Positions 56,822-64,000 of a stretch of 64,000 nucleotides of DNA are shown one piece after another. The first letter of the stretch is position 1. Each line of letters begins with the position of its first letter. The notes under the pieces are model-generated. The model had not been told where the DNA came from. It ran no database searches and saw only the letters and a list, made by a program, of their open reading frames with translations. Made by a program: the position numbers and the translations under genes. Where the stretch lies: the IMG/VR virus record IMGVR_UViG_3300025789_000020; one strand, given 5' to 3'. Source of the stretch: a virus.

Positions 56822-58609
56822 GTTTGCTATTTTAATTAGCTTACCTAATTCTGGCAAATACAAATATTCAATATCACTACGTACTAGTGTATCGACCGCA
56901 TCGTCTAGAGTTTCAACTAACGGATCACCACCTAGATTAAAACTTGTGTTAAACAAGATAGGAACTCCTGTACGATCGTAGAACGCTTTAATTAAAGCGT
57001 AGTAGTGATTGTTTTCTTCTTGAGTAACTGTTTGGATACGGCAAGTTCCGTCAACGTGAATAATACTTGGGATCTTTTCAGCAACTCCATCTTGACAGTT
57101 TACAGCGTACATCATGTAAGGACTGTCTTCCATACCGCGTAGATCAAACCACTCGTGTACGTGTTCTTGTAGAATACTACCAGCAAATGGTCGGAAATAT
57201 TCACGGTGTTTAACTTCGTTAACAAAATCCTTACCATCTTCATAAGTTGGATTAAACAAGATACTACGATTGCCTAATGCACGTGGTCCGTTTTCTGAAC
57301 GACCTTGATAAAAACAAACAATATTTTTGTTTAGTAGTAGTTCAACAATATCTTCGTTAGTTGCATCTGTGATTTCTGCACCATTGTCAGCGTACTTAGA
57401 CAAGTCATCAGCAGTATAGTCATACTTAAATCCTAGATATAATCTATTTTTAGTATAGTCAATGTTGCTGTCTTGATCAATGATATCTTTATAGTACAAT
57501 AATCCAGCACCGATTGCAGTACCAGCATCATTACTAATTGGTTCTACATAAATTTCAATACCTTCATCTTTCAACGCATCTAGATAATGGTAGTTAGCAA
57601 CGCAGTTCAAACCATACCCACCACTAATAACAACTTTCTTTTGACCGGTTTTTTCAACAGCCATGCGGATCAAACGAACAACTTGTTCTTGAGTCTGTGT
57701 CTGGCATGCATATGCTAAATCTCTACGATTTTCTAATTGTGTAATATCTTTATCAAATCCGTCTAAGTAAGGAAACAGTCCATAATTAACTTGGGCACCA
57801 TTTGGATATGTTGGCACAATAAGGTTACGATTGGCTAAAGGAAAGATACTTGAGTCATCAAACAACTTAGGAATGTTTGAATTCTCTTTACCATATGGGA
57901 ACAATCCCATAGTTTTACCAGCTTCAATAGAATCCCAACCGCAGTATCTAGTAACAGCTTCGTATACTTTTGTAATACCGGCACGATCAGTAATCAATGC
58001 TTCGTGAGTGTACCCTGGTTCGTCTTGCGGAGTGCTGTCAAAGTTTTCGATAAACGTGCCTGGCATAGGTCCACGTAACCCAATATGCTTATAAACAGTT
58101 GTAAACTTTGCAGGATAAGAACAATTATAAATTGATTCAGTTTCCCAACCAATAACTTGTTCATTATTAATCATCAATGGAATAAATGTTCCTGCACCAT
58201 CGACAATTAACGCTACCGCTTCGTCAAATCCTGAACGATAAAATGCACATGCCGCATGTAATTTGTGATGAATATGACTCATGTCAACAACTTGTGGATG
58301 ATCATACGGATTTTCGTGACGGCTAATAAGCCCTAATTTTCTAGCTAGACCTGTATAAATGTCATCGCCACTAAAATCAATTTTACCAGCAGTATCTTTT
58401 AGACCCTGAGTATGTGCAATTACTAGATAATCAATCTTATCAGTGTAATCTAAAATTTTCAACATAGCAGCCAATGGTCCGCCATCGTATTTTTTACGGC
58501 TTAGACGCTCTTCTTCAATACTGAAAATAATTTCACCATTTTTAAGCAAGCATACACTGCCGTTGTGACCGCGGGCGACAGCGGCAATCCAAATATCTTT
58601 ATCTTTCAT
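56819..58609 (-). CDS. O-carbamoyltransferase (NodU/CmcH/TobZ family)
   Basis: EEERLSRKK, HHKLHAACAF, DGAG, GKTMGL.PYG, SGGYGLNCVAN, DAGTAIG, GPRALGNRS, VKHREYFRPFA, HVDGTCRIQTV, NTSFN. Confidence 0.95.
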   Translation of the reverse strand: MKDKDIWIAAVARGHNGSVCLLKNGEIIFSIEEERLSRKKYDGGPLAAMLKILDYTDKIDYLVIAHTQGLKDTAGKIDFSGDDIYTGLARKLGLISRHENPYDHPQVVDMSHIHHKLHAACAFYRSGFDEAVALIVDGAGTFIPLMINNEQVIGWETESIYNCSYPAKFTTVYKHIGLRGPMPGTFIENFDSTPQDEPGYTHEALITDRAGITKVYEAVTRYCGWDSIEAGKTMGLFPYGKENSNIPKLFDDSSIFPLANRNLIVPTYPNGAQVNYGLFPYLDGFDKDITQLENRRDLAYACQTQTQEQVVRLIRMAVEKTGQKKVVISGGYGLNCVANYHYLDALKDEGIEIYVEPISNDAGTAIGAGLLYYKDIIDQDSNIDYTKNRLYLGFKYDYTADDLSKYADNGAEITDATNEDIVELLLNKNIVCFYQGRSENGPRALGNRSILFNPTYEDGKDFVNEVKHREYFRPFAGSILQEHVHEWFDLRGMEDSPYMMYAVNCQDGVAEKIPSIIHVDGTCRIQTVTQEENNHYYALIKAFYDRTGVPILFNTSFNLGGDPLVETLDDAVDTLVRSDIEYLYLPELGKLIKIAN

Positions 58610-58622
58610 AATTAATCCTTGT

Positions 58623-59546
58623 TTAAAAACCTTCTAGAGGAAACGGCCATCTAAGTTTATGGTGTGCCGAGTCCGGAAATCCCATTTTCTTCGATAAGTT
58701 AAGTTCGAATAAATTCTTATTAAATCTAAACTTCTTTTGTAATGCATCTACACTATCAGCAATTTCCCAAGAAGTTTTCATAGTTGCATCACTTAATTGT
58801 AACTTCTCTTTCAACTGGTTGTCAAGCCATAAGGCATGTTGTCTTGTACTAGGATGCGTATCATAAAATACAGCATCTTTTTTTCGAGTATCATCAAATT
58901 GAAAAGTTAGTTCAGCATGTTTTTGCGCAAATATCTCTAACGGTTCTAACCAATGGTCTGCATTATCAGTCCATATGGCATTTTCATACACACGCATTTC
59001 TGGAATTTTAACCCACAACACATTTTTAATGTCCTTGTCACCTGGTTTCAGGAAACCGCTATCTTCGCCAATACCGTCGTTGGCCCTAATATCAGCACCT
59101 ATGTTTCTAATGTCACCGATACTGGTCATATACCAAGTGCATCCAGTTGATTTTAATAAACCTTGTGTTAGCAACACATGATTAAGTGTATGCATAATCC
59201 ACGCAGGTTCAAAAAAGAATGTTTTAATCCACTCTAGGCTATATATTTTTTCATTAATGTAGTTAAAAATACTGCCACAAGTTTGCCATCCAGGAAATTT
59301 GCTAACTGTTGGTTTTTGATGCCACCAATCGTTACGCAAGTGACTAGACCATTGTACAATAACTGTATCTTCTGGACCAAACTTGTATTTGGCATGTGCT
59401 TCTGCAACACGTTCTGCAATAGCACGATTACCTAATCCACTCATGCCCCAATTTTTATGTAACTTATAATTCATACCAGCAAGATCTGCCCACGTAGGCC
59501 AACTGTAGCTAGTATAACTGCAACCGAATGTAAAAAGTCTTGACAT
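58623..59546 (-). CDS. SGNH-fold acyl esterase/transferase-like protein 2
   Basis: FTFGCSYT (block I), NWGMSGLGNRAI (block II), VIVQWS, YDTHP (block V). Confidence 0.6.
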   Translation of the reverse strand: MSRLFTFGCSYTSYSWPTWADLAGMNYKLHKNWGMSGLGNRAIAERVAEAHAKYKFGPEDTVIVQWSSHLRNDWWHQKPTVSKFPGWQTCGSIFNYINEKIYSLEWIKTFFFEPAWIMHTLNHVLLTQGLLKSTGCTWYMTSIGDIRNIGADIRANDGIGEDSGFLKPGDKDIKNVLWVKIPEMRVYENAIWTDNADHWLEPLEIFAQKHAELTFQFDDTRKKDAVFYDTHPSTRQHALWLDNQLKEKLQLSDATMKTSWEIADSVDALQKKFRFNKNLFELNLSKKMGFPDSAHHKLRWPFPLEGF

Positions 59547-59547
59547 G

Positions 59548-60444
59548 TTAAATTCCCATATATGGTAAATTCCAGTACTGTGCTAACATGCTATCGCATG
59601 TTTTAAGATCTGGTGCTAACTCTTTAGCTTTATCTGTTAGATCGAACCATGGTGAATAAAGGTCAGACGTATCACTTGTAAGATTTAACTTAGGTCTAAT
59701 AACATCTGCAACATAAGCCGCATGTTGTCTTGGACTAGGATGCAATTCAGGAAACACTAATCGTGGACTGTTTGGATCTTTGAAACTCCACTGTAAGTCT
59801 GGAAAGTTTTTCCATACATACGGTCCTAGGCTAGGTAACCAATTATCGGAGTTGTTATCCCAGATAGCAGTTTTATAATCCCATAATGATTCATATTTTG
59901 AATCTTGCCATACGCTGTATCCAGTAGAAGCTTTGTTAATATTCTCGCCATGCAAGACACCAATATCTGTGCCTAACGCATCTAAATCAGCCATGCTAGT
60001 CATATACCATTTAACGCCAGTTGATTTTAGTAATCCTTGAGTCAACGAAATATTATTAAGTGTGTGTAGAAAATATGACTTTTCATCGAAAAACTGATTA
60101 ATCCATTGTGTATCATACACTGTATTATTAATGTAGTTAAACATACTGCCGCCAGTTTTCCATCCGCCTTGTCCTACAAATGGACCAGACTGATGATAAT
60201 TTATACGTCTACGTTCAGTATGATAATCATTCCGCAGGTGACTAGACCATTGTACAATTACTACGTCATCTGGTGTAAATTTATTTTTAACATTACACTC
60301 AGCAACACGCTCTGCAATAGCACGATTTCCTAATCCAAGATATCCCCAGTTTTCATGTTGGGTAAATTCAAGTCCTAAGAAATCTGCCCAGCTAGGCCAG
60401 GCATAATGGGTGTAACTACACCCAAAAGTGAACAGTCTACTCAT
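59548..60444 (-). CDS. SGNH-fold acyl esterase/transferase-like protein 1 (paralogue of 58623)
   Basis: FTFGCSYT, GLGNRAIAERVAE, VIVQWSSHLRND, ELHPS. Confidence 0.6.
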   Translation of the reverse strand: MSRLFTFGCSYTHYAWPSWADFLGLEFTQHENWGYLGLGNRAIAERVAECNVKNKFTPDDVVIVQWSSHLRNDYHTERRRINYHQSGPFVGQGGWKTGGSMFNYINNTVYDTQWINQFFDEKSYFLHTLNNISLTQGLLKSTGVKWYMTSMADLDALGTDIGVLHGENINKASTGYSVWQDSKYESLWDYKTAIWDNNSDNWLPSLGPYVWKNFPDLQWSFKDPNSPRLVFPELHPSPRQHAAYVADVIRPKLNLTSDTSDLYSPWFDLTDKAKELAPDLKTCDSMLAQYWNLPYMGI

Positions 60445-61439
60445 GCTTCTTTTTTGCTTACAATTTGCTTAACTTCAACTGGACCTTTAATTGATTCACG
60501 ACTCCAAGTTTTAATGCCATTCTCAACTGATTGTACAATAGCTTCTTCGACCTTATCGTTCATTCGCATAATTCCGTCATTGCCTCGGTCAGCAACTTCG
60601 TCCATAGTAATTCTAATTGGACTATATCTACGAACATCACCGCCCATATCAAGAATATCAAATTTGCTGTAATTAGGATAACTTACGTTAATATCAAATG
60701 TAGAACCTAGTACAACTGTAGCTGGTCGATCAAGTGTATAGGCTAAATGTTGTCCTACACTATCGCATCCTAAGAAATAGTCAGCATTACCGATAACTGA
60801 ACACCATTGGCGTAGGCTGACATTTTGTGGATGAGCTACTGGATCTTTACAACCGTGTTTCTGGAAGTCGATACCAATTTCGCTCATCATAATGATGCCG
60901 TAACGTTTTTGTAATTTTTTAACAATATTGATTACATGCTCGCCTTCAAAACTTCTACCAGAAGTGTCATATATAACACCACCTTCGGAATGAGTTCCTC
61001 GACCAAAAGGTTGGAAAACAATAATTTTTTCCTTTTTAGTCTTTTCGCGAACTTCTTTAACAAGACTATGCCCTAAAAATAGTTCTTCATTTGATAGTCT
61101 AACATTAGGTTTTTGTAATTCTCGAATACCTTTGTTGTTAATAGCAATGTCAAATGCCTGTGCAATTGAGCATTTTTGATTATAGTATTCCCAAACACGA
61201 TATGGCTCTGGAGTTACTAACTCCATATTAACTAGCTTTTCTTCGAATAAGTTTTTATGCCAATGATCGTAGGCTCTAGGGTGTAGTAGCGGATGTCCTT
61301 TATAAAAGTCAGTTCCGCCTTCGCAAACAATGATAAAATCATTGCCGTTTTCTTCAGCGTATTTTTCAAGTGCTGGGATTGAACAGAGTGTTCTGCCTGC
61401 GCCCCCATTAATAAAAAAGGCCTTTGCTCTTTGAGTCAT
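60441..61439 (-). CDS. Glycosyltransferase, GT9/heptosyltransferase-like GT-B fold
   Basis: GGAGRTLCSIPAL N-terminal motif, IIVFQPFG, LRQWCSVIGNADYFLGCDSVGQHLAYTLDRPATVVLGST. Confidence 0.75.
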   Translation of the reverse strand: MTQRAKAFFINGGAGRTLCSIPALEKYAEENGNDFIIVCEGGTDFYKGHPLLHPRAYDHWHKNLFEEKLVNMELVTPEPYRVWEYYNQKCSIAQAFDIAINNKGIRELQKPNVRLSNEELFLGHSLVKEVREKTKKEKIIVFQPFGRGTHSEGGVIYDTSGRSFEGEHVINIVKKLQKRYGIIMMSEIGIDFQKHGCKDPVAHPQNVSLRQWCSVIGNADYFLGCDSVGQHLAYTLDRPATVVLGSTFDINVSYPNYSKFDILDMGGDVRRYSPIRITMDEVADRGNDGIMRMNDKVEEAIVQSVENGIKTWSRESIKGPVEVKQIVSKKEA

Positions 61440-61466
61440 AGTTAGTCCTATAGTGAAATATACAGT

Positions 61467-61495
61467 AATTTAGCATATTTTGCGTTCAAGAGCAA
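61467..61495 (-). promoter_or_regulatory. Possible sigma70-type promoter for the GT/SGNH/carbamoyltransferase operon
   Basis: TTGCTC, 17-nt spacer ending TGC, TAAATT on the minus strand; no TAAATA late box on this strand. Confidence 0.35.
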
Positions 61496-61510
61496 GAGTT
61501 TTGAAATAGC

Positions 61511-61516
61511 TAAATA
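61511..61516 (+). promoter_or_regulatory. Late promoter TAAATA
   Basis: CTAAATA upstream of 61555. Confidence 0.5.
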
Positions 61517-61554
61517 TATAAAATGGCTAAAAGCATGTACATTCTGGTTAAACT

Positions 61555-62568
61555 ATGTTAAATCTAACTACTTATTTTTCTCGGGGACCGCAACATTCGT
61601 TGTCGTTATTACCTGGAACTAACTTCTCTTATAAGGGAAATAGAACACTACTTCCCTCAGTAGCAACTGCTATTGAAATTGATCGTTGGTACGTGGGAAA
61701 TTTTGCTAGTGCCACGTATTTTTTACATGCAGAAGCAGACAGTAATAACAAAGAAAGTATGCATGTGTTAGTTACTGCTCGCCCCGAAGGAGCCGCATTT
61801 ACAATTTTTGGTAGAACTACTCTTACCAATCAAATTGTTACTTTATCTGCCACAGTTAATGACAGCTATTTGATTTTATATGCAACTCCAAACGCTGGGT
61901 TTGCTGGAGCTAAAGTTAGTTTTGCAGTAACATATGCTGAAACTATTTTTCCACTACAAATTCCCACACAAATAACTTCAAGTCCTTCAAGTAGTGGAGG
62001 TGCAGGTGCAGGTGCAGGTAGTGGCGGGTCTGTTCTAATCCCTGCAACAACTACAACACTCGGTGGAGTTATTGTAGACGGGACAACAATTACAGTTGAT
62101 GTAACTGGTAAAATTAGTACAGTGACCAGTTCAATACAGGCAGCGGCAGCGGCTATGCTTACTGGTGGAACACAAACTGGAATAACATTTACATATAATG
62201 CTGGTACAGGTCTTATGACTAGTACCGTAAGTGGCGGTGCTGGCGGTGCTGGAATTACAGGAGTAACTGTACAAAATTCAGGTATAACTAACGGCGCAAC
62301 AGCCGCAGTTACTACTTTAAATTTTACAGGGTCAGGAGTGACTACTACTGTAGCTGGTAGTGTTGCAACTATAGCTATTTCAGGTGGAAGTGGATCAGGT
62401 GGAAGTGGAGCAACATTAAGTGATACTGCTCCTTCTACACCCGGTAGTGGAAATTTATGGCTTAACACTACTACTGGTCAACTATTCATATATACCGGAA
62501 GCCAGTGGGTGCAACCTGTAGATTCAATATCTATAAGTAGCATCGATGGCGGAGCAGCCGCTGGATAA
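61555..62568 (+). CDS. Tail-fibre-related structural protein
   Basis: ATTTTLGGVIVDGTTI repeat, TTLNFTGSGV, APSTPGSGNLWLNTTTGQLFIYTGSQWV, terminal IDGG. Confidence 0.65.
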   Translation: MLNLTTYFSRGPQHSLSLLPGTNFSYKGNRTLLPSVATAIEIDRWYVGNFASATYFLHAEADSNNKESMHVLVTARPEGAAFTIFGRTTLTNQIVTLSATVNDSYLILYATPNAGFAGAKVSFAVTYAETIFPLQIPTQITSSPSSSGGAGAGAGSGGSVLIPATTTTLGGVIVDGTTITVDVTGKISTVTSSIQAAAAAMLTGGTQTGITFTYNAGTGLMTSTVSGGAGGAGITGVTVQNSGITNGATAAVTTLNFTGSGVTTTVAGSVATIAISGGSGSGGSGATLSDTAPSTPGSGNLWLNTTTGQLFIYTGSQWVQPVDSISISSIDGGAAAG

Positions 62569-62583
62569 AAATTAGGAGATAAC

Positions 62584-63087
62584 ATGTCAGTACAAATTAA
62601 ATTAAGAAGAGACACAGCCGCAAACTGGGCCAGTGTAAACCCTACATTAGCCGCTGGTGAACCTGGTCTTGAAACAGATACATTAAAAGTAAAATACGGT
62701 AACGGTAGTAGTGCATGGAACAGTTTAAATTATGCTAGTAATCCAACAGGTAACAGTTATACATTGCCTACAGCTACTACTAGCATCCTCGGCGGTGTTA
62801 AAATTGACGGAACGAGTATTACTATCAATGGTAGCGGTGTTATCACAGCTAACAATACATACACATTACCAACCGCAGGCATTAGCTCATTAGGTGTTTT
62901 AGGCGGAGTTAAAGTAGACGGTTCAACAATTACAATTAATAATGGTGTTATTAGTGCTAATGCAATTTCTGCACCAGCTACTGCAACTAGCACCGGAGTA
63001 CAAGGACAAATTGCATATGACAGTACGCACATATACATATGCATTGCAACTAACAGTTGGATTAGAGCTAGCGCGGCTGCCTGGTAA
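62584..63087 (+). CDS. Short fibre protein with Mtd N-terminal domain
   Basis: QIKLRRDTAANWASVNPTLAAGEPGLETDTLKVKYGNGSSAWNSLNY (Mtd_N-like); C-terminal G..GQIAYDSTHIYICIATNSW. Confidence 0.75.
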   Translation: MSVQIKLRRDTAANWASVNPTLAAGEPGLETDTLKVKYGNGSSAWNSLNYASNPTGNSYTLPTATTSILGGVKIDGTSITINGSGVITANNTYTLPTAGISSLGVLGGVKVDGSTITINNGVISANAISAPATATSTGVQGQIAYDSTHIYICIATNSWIRASAAAW

Positions 63088-63102
63088 TCATAGGAATATT
63101 TT

Positions 63103-64000
63103 ATGAGTTTTAGTTTTCCATTAAGTCCATCATTAAATCAAACGTACTCATATGGCGGTACTACATGGATCTATAATGGATCAGCTTGGGGTGTTCAAGC
63201 TAGTTCAGCCGGCAGTTTGCTCAGTGCAGATGGAACTAGTATTATTAATACTAGTAATGTACTAAGTGCAAGTTCTAGCAATATAAAAGCCATTGCCGCT
63301 AATTTACTTACAAGCGGAACTTCAACTGGTATAACATTTAGCTATAATAGCGGAACTGGTTTATTAACTAGTACTGTTACAGGCACACAACAACAAGCAG
63401 GTATATCGGGAGTAACTGTACAAAATGCAGGAACTACTCAAGGGTCTGCAAGTGCAGTCACTACTTTAAATTTTACAGGTACTGGAGTATCGTCAGCCAG
63501 CGTATCTGGAAGTGTTGCAACTATCACAGTTAACAGTACTGCGTATACATTACCAACTGCAAGCATATTTACACTAGGCGGTGTTAAAGTAGATGGTACA
63601 ACTATTACAGTTAATGGTAGTGGAGTAATTAGTGCAGTTAACAGTTATACATTGCCTACAGCTACAACTAGTGCATTAGGTGGTGTTAAAGTAGACGGTA
63701 CAAGTATTACAATTAACAACAGTGTAATTAGCGCATTACAATACAGTCTTCCAATAGCAACTACTAACACATTAGGTGGTGTTAAAGTAGACGGTACAAG
63801 TATTACAATTAACAATGGTATAATTAGTTCATCCGGAGGAGCATCTAGCGGATTATCTAGTAGAAAATCTATAAGTGTTTCATCAATAACATTGCCAGCT
63901 GGCACTAGTGGAACTTACACAGTTACTGGGTTTAAAGGCTATGCATTGTACAGTGTGCAAACTTCATCAGCGGCCTGGGTTGTAATCTATAATAGTCTAG
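63103..64000 (+). CDS. Tail-fibre-related protein, partial (runs off window end)
   Basis: Not in ORF track; AGGA SD, ATG 63103, MSFSFPLSPSLNQTYSYGGTTWIYNGSAW..., three YTLP.A....LGGVKVDGT.IT repeats. Confidence 0.75.
   Translation, partial: MSFSFPLSPSLNQTYSYGGTTWIYNGSAWGVQASSAGSLLSADGTSIINTSNVLSASSSNIKAIAANLLTSGTSTGITFSYNSGTGLLTSTVTGTQQQAGISGVTVQNAGTTQGSASAVTTLNFTGTGVSSASVSGSVATITVNSTAYTLPTASIFTLGGVKVDGTTITVNGSGVISAVNSYTLPTATTSALGGVKVDGTSITINNSVISALQYSLPIATTNTLGGVKVDGTSITINNGIISSSGGASSGLSSRKSISVSSITLPAGTSGTYTVTGFKGYALYSVQTSSAAWVVIYNSL
63674..63815 (+). repeat. 46-bp exact direct repeat, 96-bp period
   Basis: CATTAGGTGGTGTTAAAGTAGACGGTACAAGTATTACAATTAACAA at 63674 and 63770. Confidence 0.9.

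Noticed and set aside
62584-63087. Diversity-generating retroelement target (Mtd-like)
   Set aside because: Only the Mtd N-terminal domain is present; no C-type lectin variable region, no adenine-specific TR/VR pair and no reverse transcriptase in the window.
1-64000. Stop-codon reassignment, tRNA genes, introns or inteins in core genes
   Set aside because: Core genes (gp20, gp21, gp23, gp46, gp47) are intact and of normal length under the standard code; no cloverleaf or intein motifs noticed by eye.

Overview
AT-rich 64 kb segment of a large T4-like myovirus (Caudoviricetes). Left to right: a minus-strand baseplate operon (partial giant wedge protein, gp6, gp25, gp5, hub, gp53, gp48/54-like); a host-sigma70-driven gp55-gp47-gp46 cluster followed by an Hc1-like ORF, a minimal GIY-YIG nuclease and a ~400-nt densely structured non-coding region; a gp26-like chaperone with an unannotated -1-frame extension, divergent from a tape-measure-like gene; the head module (gp20, core proteins, gp21, gp22, gp23); ~30 kb of modular tail-fibre/adhesin genes, including 1969-aa and 4040-aa paralogues and three Cys/Gly-rich proteins with two chaperone-like partners; an inverted GT9-like/SGNH/SGNH/carbamoyltransferase cluster; and more fibre genes running off the right end. 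T4-like late promoters (TAAATA core) precede most structural units. The strongest unexplained signals are (1) the pseudoknotted RNA candidate directly behind the GIY-YIG gene, (2) a lambda G/GT-style -1 frameshift site with a 12-bp stimulatory stem in the gp26-like gene, (3) the Cys-rich adhesin/chaperone cassette beside a glycan-modification cluster, and (4) structured late 5' leaders and apparently leaderless late genes. All family assignments come from motif recognition by eye; no database search or folding software was run.
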